64,000 nt of DNA, taken from positions 668 through 64,667 of the forward strand of contig JAZDMX010000002.1 in assembly GCA_043800555.1 (NCBI GenBank), in the 5' to 3' direction. A program made the position numbers and the translations under genes. Positions 28,123 through 37,192 of the stretch are shown piece after piece. Each line of letters begins with the position of its first letter. The first letter of the stretch is position 1. Source of the DNA: Candidatus Omnitrophota bacterium. GTDB lineage: Bacteria > Omnitrophota > Gorgyraeia > Gygaellales > Profunditerraquicolaceae. The notes under the pieces are model-generated. The model was not told where the DNA came from and searched no databases. It saw only the letters and a program-made list of their open reading frames with translations.

Positions 28123-30174
28123 TTAAGGCCTGGCGAGAAAGCGCTTTCCATCCAAAACCGCCTCTCTTTCATTTATCCTTTGGCAGAAATAGGCCAGGTC
28201 ATTGCCAAAGGCGTAACCTTCTGCGGGCAAGACAAACTCGGCTACGTAATTTTCCCCGCCCTTATCTAACCGCGCGCCTAAATCATAAAAACGCTCCTGG
28301 GTAACCGCAAAATCTTTGTCCTCATAGCCTGCCGGCAGGAAATGCCAACGGCTGTAAGCGTCTAAAACCGCCAGATAATTCTCAAACAGGGACTTGACGC
28401 TTGAATCCCGGGTCAATCCCGAATTAATATTTTCGGCGTTAAAAAACCTCCGGGAATCAGCGGTATAGGTGAAAAGCTCTATTTTCCGGCTGTAATCCTG
28501 AAAGGCCTCGTCGAGATTCGGCCAATGGCTAAGGTACAAACAAGCTATTTCTTCGGCCCTTTTGGCCCCGGGCTCCAGGTTGCTCAAGATAACCAAACGG
28601 GTTTTTCCGGTAATGGCTGTCTTTAAAGCGCAGCCTCTTAAGATTACCTGCTTAGCGTTCCCGGAATTACGCAATTCCATCTCTATATCCGCGATAAAAA
28701 AATCCTTGCCCTGGCCTTCCAAGCGATAGGGCCGGAAATCTCCTATGCTCCTGACCTTGCGGCATTCGATAAACTGCCAGGGCCATACGCCAAAAATAAA
28801 AAGGTGTTTGCCGGCCTGGGATACAGGCAAAGTTTCCAACTCCTCGAGTTTGTTCCCGTGGATAGTCAGGCTGTTTACGCTATTTTCCTTTGCCTCAAGC
28901 CCGGCAAGAAGATTAAAAAATTCCTGCGAAGGCGAATCATAACCCGGGGCGTTAAAAAGGATAAGCGGGGCAGCCGTATTAAAAGATTTATTTATCCTCT
29001 TCTTTAAATCATGTAGCGGAGAGGAAAAATCATAAGGCATATACGGGCTTGACCAAACTGAATAGAATTGGCCGTCCAGGTAAAGAGTTGAACCGTCGGA
29101 TAAACTAACCTTTAGGCAACGGGCCTCGCGCAGAGCAAAATCCATAATGCGCCAGATACCCAGGCCGATTACCTTGATGTTTTCTATAGCGTCCAAACAG
29201 CCGTTTAGCTTATCTTCTAAAGATTTTTCTATTTTTCCCCGCAGTAAAGGCAGGTAAATAATACTCTCCGTTATGCCTTCAAAATCCCACCCGCTTTCTG
29301 GAAGCCGGTTTTTAATTTCCGCGGCAATTAATTTGCTTACGCCGAGAACGGAATCTACCGCCCTAAGCAATATGATGCCGGTATTTTCCAGTTGTAAAGG
29401 CCTATCGAATGTAAATATACTGGCCTCCTTGCCGGCCGGCTCTTTTGCCTCGCCTCCCATAGCTTGCCTGCCGGATTCTTCTTTGTCCCCGGCGCCGGCA
29501 TCTTCCTTGCGGGTAAGCTCTTCTTCTTGGGCTTTCCTGGCTGCTTCTGCCCGGGCCTTCTGCAATTCTTCCTCCCGGCGCTTAGCCTCTTCTTCTATCT
29601 GAAGCGCTTTTAACCTTTCGGCTTCGGCTTTGATTTTTTGTTCTGCCTCTTCCCGGGCCGCTCTTATTTCTTCCTGACGGCGTTCTTCTTCAAGAACGCG
29701 CTCTCTTTCCCGAACGATTTCTTCTTCCTGCCTGCGGATAGCTTTTTCCTCTGCTTCTTTCACCGGCCCACTGCCATCGATGGGCAAGGGGAGCAAAGTA
29801 ATCTGGCTAACGGGAATTTCCTGCCCGCCGGCAGGCAGGCTGCTTTGGGACTTATCATCCTCGAAATGTTTGGGGTTTTCCGAAGGCTGGGCTGTTACGG
29901 ATTTTGCCTCTGCTTTTTGGGATGATGCGTCTTCCAATAAAACAGGAAGCTTGGGCATAACAATGCGCTGCTTCTTCTGTTTGGGGGCCCTTCCAACAGG
30001 AGCGCTCAAACCAACCTCTTTTATAATCCTGTTTATGGCGGACTTAGACAAGGCTATTTTATAGTGATCCAGGGCTAAGGCGGTTAATTTACGGCAGCTT
30101 AAGGCAGGATTGGATTTCTTTTGCTCTATTATAAAATCCCTTATTTCCGGTTTTAGCTTATGCACTACACCCAT
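28123..30174 (-). CDS. HTH + charged coiled-coil + degenerate DDE-transposase-like protein
   Basis: Start MGVVHKL with AGGAG RBS. Transposase-type HTH (LSCRKL...LSKSAINRII), E/K/R/A-rich linker, LYLDG / LILFNAPGY / YLSHWPNLDEAF. Confidence 0.65.
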   Translation of the reverse strand: MGVVHKLKPEIRDFIIEQKKSNPALSCRKLTALALDHYKIALSKSAINRIIKEVGLSAPVGRAPKQKKQRIVMPKLPVLLEDASSQKAEAKSVTAQPSENPKHFEDDKSQSSLPAGGQEIPVSQITLLPLPIDGSGPVKEAEEKAIRRQEEEIVRERERVLEEERRQEEIRAAREEAEQKIKAEAERLKALQIEEEAKRREEELQKARAEAARKAQEEELTRKEDAGAGDKEESGRQAMGGEAKEPAGKEASIFTFDRPLQLENTGIILLRAVDSVLGVSKLIAAEIKNRLPESGWDFEGITESIIYLPLLRGKIEKSLEDKLNGCLDAIENIKVIGLGIWRIMDFALREARCLKVSLSDGSTLYLDGQFYSVWSSPYMPYDFSSPLHDLKKRINKSFNTAAPLILFNAPGYDSPSQEFFNLLAGLEAKENSVNSLTIHGNKLEELETLPVSQAGKHLFIFGVWPWQFIECRKVRSIGDFRPYRLEGQGKDFFIADIEMELRNSGNAKQVILRGCALKTAITGKTRLVILSNLEPGAKRAEEIACLYLSHWPNLDEAFQDYSRKIELFTYTADSRRFFNAENINSGLTRDSSVKSLFENYLAVLDAYSRWHFLPAGYEDKDFAVTQERFYDLGARLDKGGENYVAEFVLPAEGYAFGNDLAYFCQRINEREAVLDGKRFLARP

Positions 30175-30286
30175 ATATCTCCTGACAATAGAAATTTTCT
30201 TATCGAAAATATCCCCTTGCAGCGGGCGTTGAAATGCCTGCCCTGCTGTAACTCGCTCCAGATTGGACATTTTCAATCTTAATCAC

Positions 30287-30314
30287 AGCTTAGCATAGAT
30301 TATAATTTTGTCAA
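30287..30314 (-). promoter_or_regulatory. sigma70 promoter of the HTH-DDE gene, flanked by AGATTGGACATTT direct repeats
   Basis: TTGACA-N16-TAAGCT; repeats start at 30260 and 30323. Confidence 0.55.
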
Positions 30315-30354
30315 GACAGGCTAGATTGGACATTTCAGCGTAAGGGAGGACGAG

Positions 30355-30417
30355 AAAAGGGGGACGTTTCTACTTTTCCGGCAGCGGGATCGAGAAAAGT
30401 AGAAACGTCCCCCTTTT
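30355..30417. repeat. Palindromic REP-like element
   Basis: Matches the GGGGGACGTTTCTACTTTTC...GAAAAGTAGAAACGTCCCCC consensus. Confidence 0.9.
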
Positions 30418-30434
30418 CTGAAACGTTTCCCTTT

Positions 30435-30776
30435 TCACTCTAAGGTAATGTGATCGCCCACGGCTGTAAAGCTATCTTTGATTGCCCCGGAAGGAAGTTC
30501 AATGACATAATTGGCTTGGAAATATATCCTGGTGAATTTAAACGGCTTAATACCGGAAAGGGTTTGAATGACCTTATTATCCCTGCCCATAAATAAGGCA
30601 TCAATGGAAAATCGCATAAAGAACGTGTGGATGGAATTACAGGGTTTAATTATAAGGGCTTGGCTTTTATTAAAACTTTTCTTTCCTAACAGGCCTTTGA
30701 TCCTCTTAAGCGGGGAACCGGCAATAAAAACGTCGCCGGCTACAACTGTATTCCGGGTTTTATTAATCAGGCGCAT
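30435..30776 (-). CDS. DUF192 family protein
   Basis: RIKGLLG, CNSIHTFFMRFSID, VIELPSG. Confidence 0.85.
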   Translation of the reverse strand: MRLINKTRNTVVAGDVFIAGSPLKRIKGLLGKKSFNKSQALIIKPCNSIHTFFMRFSIDALFMGRDNKVIQTLSGIKPFKFTRIYFQANYVIELPSGAIKDSFTAVGDHITLE

Positions 30777-30818
30777 AGAGTTAATAGGAAGATACAACCG
30801 AAAAAACCGCCGCTATCC

Positions 30819-32981
30819 CTATTTATTGGGCTTACTGGGTTTGAATATTTCTTCCGAGACCACGATGCCGCGCACCCGGATCTCGTCGAGAAAAGAAGGC
30901 TTGTATCCGGTGGCGGTAAAATACCCGTGCACCTTGCCCTGGGCGTCCACCCCGGTCTGCTTAAAGACGAATATATCGTTAAGAATAATGTGCAACTCGT
31001 CTTTCATCCCGGTAATTTCAGATACAGCCATGATTTTACGCGAGCCGTCGGATAACCGGGCCGTATGGACTATTATGTCGACGGCAGAGGCGATCATTTC
31101 GCGTATGGCCCTGACCGGGAGCTCTACTCCCGACATAAGGATCATGGAATCCAGCCGGGACAAAACATCATAGGTGGAATTGGCGTGAATGGTGGTCATC
31201 GAACCGTCGTGGCCGGTATTCATTGCCTGAAGCATATCCAGAGACTCTGTCCCGCGGCATTCGCCGACGATAATCCTGTCCGGGCGCATGCGCAGGGTAT
31301 TGCGGAAAAGGTCTTTTATGGCAACCGCGCCCTTGCCCTCGATGTTCGGCGGACGGCTCTCCAATCTTACCCAATGCTCCTGGTTTAGTTTTAATTCGGC
31401 GGCATCCTCTAAGGTTATGATCCTCTCGTTATTGGGGATATGCTCGGAGAGGGCGTTAAGCACGGTGGTTTTGCCGGAGCCGGTGCCGCCGGAAACAATC
31501 ATGTTCTTACGGCATAGAACGCAAGTCATGATAAAATCCGCCATTTCCTGCGTAAGCGCGCCCAAAGCAATCAGGTCTTTCGTCTTATACCTCTCCTTGC
31601 GGAATTTCCTGATTGTTAACGTCGGGCCTGTTAAGGCAAGCGGCGGGATAATCGCGTTTACGCGCGAGCCATCGGCAAGGCGGGCGTCAACCATAGGCAC
31701 AGATTCATCGATACGCCTTCCGATAGGGGCGATTATGCGTTCGATGATCGTGCGGACCTGCTCGTTAGAGATGAATTTCTTGCTGGTTGGCTCGATCCTG
31801 CCGTGTTTTTCGACAAAGATTTCATCTTTGTTATTAACCATAATATCGGTGATATCCGTATCGGCCAAAAGGTCCTCTAAGGGCCCCAGCCCCAGGGCTT
31901 CATCAAGTATTTCTTTAACAAGCTTTTTCCTGTCGTCCTGGGAAGGGATAAAACTTCCCGCTTCTTCCAGCAAAAGATTAGCTACGGTAATTTCCGCCCT
32001 GTCTCTTAATTCTTTGGTTTTCTTGTAGTCGCTGAAGACATTCAGGTTCATTAACTTGATATTCATGCCGTCGAGAAGGCGGCTATGTATTTTCCTCTTA
32101 AGGGCCAAAACTTCATCCCTGTCTTCTGAACTCGGCTCAACCACCGTATCAGTCAGGCCCTGCTCTTGCCAAAATTGCCCCGGTTTTTCCAACCCGCTAG
32201 ACTTTAAAGCAATTTCATCGAGGTTCTTCCTGTCTACGAATAAATTTTTGTTCGCGCAAAGCGCGCGGGCCAATCCTATAATCGACTGCGCTACCCGCGA
32301 ATGCGGCGCATCGATAACAACCGGCACTCCCCGGTTCACCGCCTGGTTTACTACTCTTCCGTCGGAAGGGATCCTCTCAATTATTTCCAAAGGGATGTTA
32401 TTGCGGATCTCCTGCCAGCTTATGCTCGAGGAGGACTCTGCCCGGTTAAGCACAAGCCTTATCATGTTCAAAGGAAAATGCAGCACCTGCAGGGTATCCA
32501 GCATCCATTTAGTCTGATACACCGAAAGCACGTCCGGAGTAACCATCAAAAGCATTAAATTCGCCTGATTTAAAGCGGAGAGGAAAACGTTGTTAAAGCT
32601 CTCTCCCGCGTCGGAGATTATATAATCGTAATCTTTATCCAGAAAAGAAAAGACTTCCTGGATCATTTCCGGGTGCAGGTGCGCCGCCTGTTGCGGCCTC
32701 AAAATACCCGTCAGGAAATCCACGCTATAAAGGTTGGTCTTAACGACAAAATCCTCTTTTTTGGTCTTTTGCGGCTGTTTTTGCAGGAAGCCCATAAGGT
32801 CGGCTATTGATTTCTGCGGGCTGAGGTTAAGCATATGCGCCATGTCTCCGACCACATGGGTATCCAGGTCAATAAGGCAAACCCGGTTGCCTTCGGCGGC
32901 AAGAGCCACCGCCAGGCTGGAAGTAATCAGCGTCTTGCCTGTCCCGCCTTTAGTGCTGAATATTACTATTCTTTTGGCCAT
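30819..32981 (-). CDS. tadA: Fused CpaE/TadZ (MinD-like) and CpaF/TadA assembly ATPase
   Basis: N-terminal KGGTGKT deviant Walker A; C-terminal GGTGSGKT, LRMRPDRIIVGECRG, MNTGHDGSMTTIHAN. Confidence 0.92.
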   Translation of the reverse strand: MAKRIVIFSTKGGTGKTLITSSLAVALAAEGNRVCLIDLDTHVVGDMAHMLNLSPQKSIADLMGFLQKQPQKTKKEDFVVKTNLYSVDFLTGILRPQQAAHLHPEMIQEVFSFLDKDYDYIISDAGESFNNVFLSALNQANLMLLMVTPDVLSVYQTKWMLDTLQVLHFPLNMIRLVLNRAESSSSISWQEIRNNIPLEIIERIPSDGRVVNQAVNRGVPVVIDAPHSRVAQSIIGLARALCANKNLFVDRKNLDEIALKSSGLEKPGQFWQEQGLTDTVVEPSSEDRDEVLALKRKIHSRLLDGMNIKLMNLNVFSDYKKTKELRDRAEITVANLLLEEAGSFIPSQDDRKKLVKEILDEALGLGPLEDLLADTDITDIMVNNKDEIFVEKHGRIEPTSKKFISNEQVRTIIERIIAPIGRRIDESVPMVDARLADGSRVNAIIPPLALTGPTLTIRKFRKERYKTKDLIALGALTQEMADFIMTCVLCRKNMIVSGGTGSGKTTVLNALSEHIPNNERIITLEDAAELKLNQEHWVRLESRPPNIEGKGAVAIKDLFRNTLRMRPDRIIVGECRGTESLDMLQAMNTGHDGSMTTIHANSTYDVLSRLDSMILMSGVELPVRAIREMIASAVDIIVHTARLSDGSRKIMAVSEITGMKDELHIILNDIFVFKQTGVDAQGKVHGYFTATGYKPSFLDEIRVRGIVVSEEIFKPSKPNK

Positions 32982-32982
32982 G

Positions 32983-34617
32983 CTATTCCAATTGATAAAT
33001 AATGGGAATGTCTATCCAAAGATCATTTTCTTTTATTGCGGGAGGAAACGGGGGATACGGCGCTATTTTTCGAGCCGCGCTTAAAGCGTCATCGTCGAGC
33101 ATGCGGGACATTGAAGATTCCTTGATTTTCGAATCCAGCAATTCCCCCTGATAAGAAAGCCTGAGGCTCAACTTTACCGTGCCCTGCAAACCCAGTTGCC
33201 TGGCTTCGGACGGATAAGAAAGATTATCCAGTATCTTTCTCTGGATTATTTTACAATAGTTTAAAACCGGATCCTGCTCCTTGTCGTTAACGGCCAAAGG
33301 GGCATCCGCCGCAGGCGCCTTTTCTATTGCCTCTTCTTGCGGCTTTTGAGGGTAAACGATTCTCGGCGTAAGCGTAATAAATAATTCTGTATCGGTTAAA
33401 TTATCGGTGTCGGAATTCCAGCCCTGCTGGGTTGTTTTTTGCCTGAAGATGGCCCCTAAAACAGGGATCTCGGAAAGCCAGGGGACCCGGCGCAGTGTCT
33501 CTTTATTCTTCTTTTTAATTAAGCCTCCGATGGCCATGGTCTCGCCGTCGTTAAGGAATAACTCGGTGGTCGCGGTGCGCTTAGTCATTTTATACGCCAA
33601 GGCATAAGTAGTCTCCACCTGGTCCCCTAATTCGCTGACCACGACATTCAGGTTAAGGTGGACACGGCCAGAATCTTCGAGCCTGGGGTTTATGCTAAGG
33701 ATTATCCCGTATTCTTTATACTCGACAGTCCCTCCCGTGGTTGCGCCAACCGAGCTAGAGCCGCTTGTGCCCGGGGTGACTGTGCCGCTTAAAACCGGGA
33801 CTTCCCCTCCGACAACCAACTTTGCTTCTTTACCGCTCTGGCAGGAAAGCCTGGGCCGGGAAAGTATTCTCGCCTTGCCCTCCTGTATTAAGGCGTCTAA
33901 TTTCAACGTAAATGGGTTTGCTGTCCCGTCTACTGAACGGGCAACATTAGAAACGTGGAAAACCTTGCCCCAGGTTGTGCCTCCGGCAGAAAGGGCGGCA
34001 GAGCCGACTTCGGTAAAAGTAACTGAACCCGGCCAGGTAAATCCCAGGTCATTCTCATGCCCGCTATTTATTTCGATTACCTGGACATCGATCTCCAGGC
34101 TTGCCTCCTCCTCTTTTACCACTATTAAATCAACCGCTTTTTCTTTGAGCGGCCCCAAAGCGATAGCGATCCTGTCTTTATCTTTAGGGGATTTTATGCT
34201 TCCCAACAGCATTACCTTTCCTTCTTCATCTTCGGCTTTAGTATTTACGCCGGATATACCGAGTTTGGACAATATATTATCTATCCGGCGCTTGATCGCT
34301 CCGGTATCTTCCGCATAAACTTTTATCCGGTAAGACTGTTCCCCGAAATTATCCCAAACAGTCAGGGTGGCCGTGCCGGCGGATTTAGGATTAAGCGTTA
34401 TCTCGGATTTACTGACGCTAACGACATCGGCGACCGCGGGCTTGCTGATAGAAACGCGCATAGGATTGCTCACCGGCACTATCTGGATCTCTCCGACAAA
34501 ACACTTCAATTCTTCAGCCGATGCGTCAATCGAATAAACCTTAAAAGGCATGATAATAACCGAAGCAATTACGAATATAAGGCCGGTAAGTAATCTTTTC
34601 ATTTTCCTCGCTCTCAT
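32983..34617 (-). CDS. cpaC: CpaC/RcpA secretin with C-terminal TonB_C domain
   Basis: Pilin-formation N domain, BON-like region, VGGEVP, VPWLSEIPVLGAIFR; then YPSEARQLGLQGTV...SSMSRMLDDDAL...PYPPFP. Confidence 0.9.
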   Translation of the reverse strand: MRARKMKRLLTGLIFVIASVIIMPFKVYSIDASAEELKCFVGEIQIVPVSNPMRVSISKPAVADVVSVSKSEITLNPKSAGTATLTVWDNFGEQSYRIKVYAEDTGAIKRRIDNILSKLGISGVNTKAEDEEGKVMLLGSIKSPKDKDRIAIALGPLKEKAVDLIVVKEEEASLEIDVQVIEINSGHENDLGFTWPGSVTFTEVGSAALSAGGTTWGKVFHVSNVARSVDGTANPFTLKLDALIQEGKARILSRPRLSCQSGKEAKLVVGGEVPVLSGTVTPGTSGSSSVGATTGGTVEYKEYGIILSINPRLEDSGRVHLNLNVVVSELGDQVETTYALAYKMTKRTATTELFLNDGETMAIGGLIKKKNKETLRRVPWLSEIPVLGAIFRQKTTQQGWNSDTDNLTDTELFITLTPRIVYPQKPQEEAIEKAPAADAPLAVNDKEQDPVLNYCKIIQRKILDNLSYPSEARQLGLQGTVKLSLRLSYQGELLDSKIKESSMSRMLDDDALSAARKIAPYPPFPPAIKENDLWIDIPIIYQLE

Positions 34618-35537
34618 TTAGATATCGGGATTCTTTCTTTATTCGCCCCGCGGTAAATTTCTATCGTATCCGCCGAAGATTGCTCTTCTTTCTTTTCATG
34701 GCCTGCTGCCGGGTTTAACCCGGAATTGGCGTCTTGAGACTGCGGCATAATATACTGAAAGAGCGTATTCAGGTTAGCCGGCATAATCGGTTCGACTCTT
34801 GCATCTGCCGGAGAGCGCAGGGTAAAACGAATTTTACCCTGTTCCTGCACAAAGGCGATAAAACTGGATTCCTGGGGGGATAACGCCAAAGTAACTAAAA
34901 CCGTCCCGCCGGAGATAGGGGCTTCTTCTCTGGTGCGGCTGTGCTGGCTTACAGGGGCTCCGGTATTCTGGCCTACAGCCAAAACCAAGACATTTTGGAA
35001 TAACGGTATTACCGCTATTTGAGAGCCTTGCTGGCCGTCAGCGCCCTGGACCGGTATCTGAATCGTCGCGATAACATCCACATAATCCCCCGGTTTTACC
35101 ATGCCTGCCACAGAAGCTATATTATCAACCGCGACTGAAATCGCCCGCTTTCCTGCCGGGGTTATGCCGGCTAGATCTCCGCCGGCCTGCTTTACGTTAG
35201 CTAACTTCGAGAGGGTCACTTGCTCTCCCTTGGAAATAGGCGCCACGGTGACCATGCCGGAGACCCTGCTTAACGAAGTAACTGCCTGCGGCTGGACAAA
35301 TTTATTCGGCACAACAGCGGTATCTAGCGGCGCGGACTCTATATACGTGCCTTTAGGTATATCCTGCTTTGCCACTAAAACGGCGCTTTGATTGCTCTGG
35401 ATATTGGCAATCGCCCTTCTGGCCTCTTCCCGGGAGGCCTGCTGCTGATGATCCAGGTAGACCTTGACCATGACAATCGCCAATAACCCCAAAGCCACTC
35501 CGGCAATAAGTACAATTTTTTGTTTTTCAATAGGCAC
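34614..35537 (-). CDS. cpaB: Flp pilus assembly protein CpaB/RcpC
   Basis: SAF domain (VLVAKQDIPKG), GKRAISV, PGDYVDV, QNVLVLAVGQ. Confidence 0.92.
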   Translation of the reverse strand: MPIEKQKIVLIAGVALGLLAIVMVKVYLDHQQQASREEARRAIANIQSNQSAVLVAKQDIPKGTYIESAPLDTAVVPNKFVQPQAVTSLSRVSGMVTVAPISKGEQVTLSKLANVKQAGGDLAGITPAGKRAISVAVDNIASVAGMVKPGDYVDVIATIQIPVQGADGQQGSQIAVIPLFQNVLVLAVGQNTGAPVSQHSRTREEAPISGGTVLVTLALSPQESSFIAFVQEQGKIRFTLRSPADARVEPIMPANLNTLFQYIMPQSQDANSGLNPAAGHEKKEEQSSADTIEIYRGANKERIPISK

Positions 35538-36448
35538 TATTTTATCTCTCCTTCGTTTATTTCAATTTTAGCTTCGCGGGAAAGCTTGCCGATTAGGTCC
35601 TCTACAACTTGCTGTTGCTTCAAAAAGGTAAGGCCGCGTTTTATATCATCCCACATATCGGAAAGCGACTTCTGTTTTCCTCCGTGCTTGAGCTCCAGCT
35701 TGATAATATAATACCCGTCGGGGCCCTTAAAAATACTGCTGATTTTTCCCAGCTCCAGGGAATCGGAGAAAGCTACTGCGTCAAACTGGGCGGGTTTCTG
35801 GCCTTTCTTGATGAAACCCAGGTCTCCGCCGTTTTTTGCGCTGGATGAAATCGAGCGTTCTTTGGCTAAAGTGGCAAAGTCCGCGCCCTGCAGCAGCTGG
35901 ATCATTATATCTTTGGCGTCCTGCTCGGTGGGAACGACAATTTCCCGTATCTGCCTTTCCTCGGGTTCTTTGAGCTGTTCTTTATAAGTATTATAATAAT
36001 CCTCTATCTCCTTGGAAGAGACGTCGACTTTCTGAGTAACGTCTTTAATCAACTGCAGGACTAACAGGTCCATCTTGGTTTTTTCCAGGGCCCGCAGGAC
36101 ATCTTCATTCCTGTCCAGGCCTTTATCCAAAGCATCCTGGTATAAGAGGGTCCGGCGGATTACTTCATTCTTAAGGTAAGCGATTTTCTGTTCGCGCGTG
36201 GTTACTTTAAGCTCGGGTTTATCGGCGGGCACATTGGCGTTGTAAAGATCGACCTCCTGGTTAAAATCATCCAGGCCTATCGAGATATTATTGACTTTGG
36301 CAACTATCGGGCCTTTTGGCTGGGCAGTCAAGGCGGGAATTTTTATTTCTACCTTACGCCCCCCGACCATTGAGTTAATCTTATTGCATCCTACAATAAC
36401 GCTAAAGAATAAACCTAAAACCGCCCACAAAATAATATTGCGTTTCAA
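35537..36448 (-). CDS. Parvulin-type peptidyl-prolyl isomerase lipoprotein (PrsA/SurA-like)
   Basis: Lipobox IVGC; GADFATLAKERS, NGGDLGF, GYYIIK. Confidence 0.88.
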   Translation of the reverse strand: MKRNIILWAVLGLFFSVIVGCNKINSMVGGRKVEIKIPALTAQPKGPIVAKVNNISIGLDDFNQEVDLYNANVPADKPELKVTTREQKIAYLKNEVIRRTLLYQDALDKGLDRNEDVLRALEKTKMDLLVLQLIKDVTQKVDVSSKEIEDYYNTYKEQLKEPEERQIREIVVPTEQDAKDIMIQLLQGADFATLAKERSISSSAKNGGDLGFIKKGQKPAQFDAVAFSDSLELGKISSIFKGPDGYYIIKLELKHGGKQKSLSDMWDDIKRGLTFLKQQQVVEDLIGKLSREAKIEINEGEIK

Positions 36449-36523
36449 TCTTTACCTCCTCGATTCTCCAGGCTTACTCCCGGGAATGTATCCCGGGTTT
36501 TAGCCAGGGGACTAAAAAACTGC

Positions 36524-36769
36524 CTACTCTTTCTTGATTTCTTTTATGATCAGGCTCAATAATTCGGCGATCTTGGCGATAAGAAAAAGAAAAAAGAAAA
36601 AAAAGGTATAAACTACCAGCACAACGGCCCCCGTCCAGCGGGAATTCCCGGGCGAGGCTCCAAAAATAATCGAAACCCCTCCTACGACCCCAAAAAAAAG
36701 AAAAATCCAGGCAGCGATTTTTACCACCGTGCTGGATGTTTTTAGGAAACTCAGGTGTTCGCGCATCAA
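36524..36769 (-). CDS. Small two-TM membrane protein
   Basis: Two hydrophobic helices; AGGAG RBS. Confidence 0.65.
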   Translation of the reverse strand: MMREHLSFLKTSSTVVKIAAWIFLFFGVVGGVSIIFGASPGNSRWTGAVVLVVYTFFFFFLFLIAKIAELLSLIIKEIKKE

Positions 36770-36834
36770 ACCTCCTTGTTATTGTATTTTTTTATCATAA
36801 AGCGCGCTAAATAGCAAGAGAAATCTTCATTTTG

Positions 36835-36904
36835 AAAAAAAGGGGGACGTTTCTACTTTTCTCGAGCCCGATTGCTGGAAAAGTGGAAACGTCCCCCTTT
36901 TTTT
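36835..36904. repeat. Palindromic REP-like element (loop in opposite orientation)
   Basis: Consensus match with one arm mismatch. Confidence 0.9.
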
Positions 36905-36980
36905 CATCGGGCTTCACTTTGCGGTGCTTATTATAAAATTCTGCGCCGCCAGGCGCAAAGCCTGCCTGGCGAAACATAAA

Positions 36981-37055
36981 TAGCCCCAACCGGATTTGAA
37001 CCGGTGTTTATTGGCTGAGAACCAAGCGTCCTAGGCCGGGCTAGACGATGGGGCC
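36981..37055 (-). tRNA. tRNA-Glu(CTC)
   Basis: GGCCCCATCGTCTAGCCCGGCCTAGGAC...TT-CTC-AG...GGTTCAAATCCGGTTGGGGCTA cloverleaf; CCA not encoded. Confidence 0.93.
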
Positions 37056-37192
37056 GTTTTCGATTCCTGGAAAATACTTTTATAACGGAAATTTGGGATT
37101 CAGTTGCAAAAGCGAACATATTGTAATATAAAGAAGGAACCGGGTCAATAATTATGTTGACCCGGGTTCTCAAAGCGCTTATAATACAAAAC

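Noticed and set aside
28123-30276. Active IS element, and the longer 717-aa start
   Set aside because: No terminal repeats or target duplication and catalytic motifs are degenerate; the RBS supports ATG 30174.
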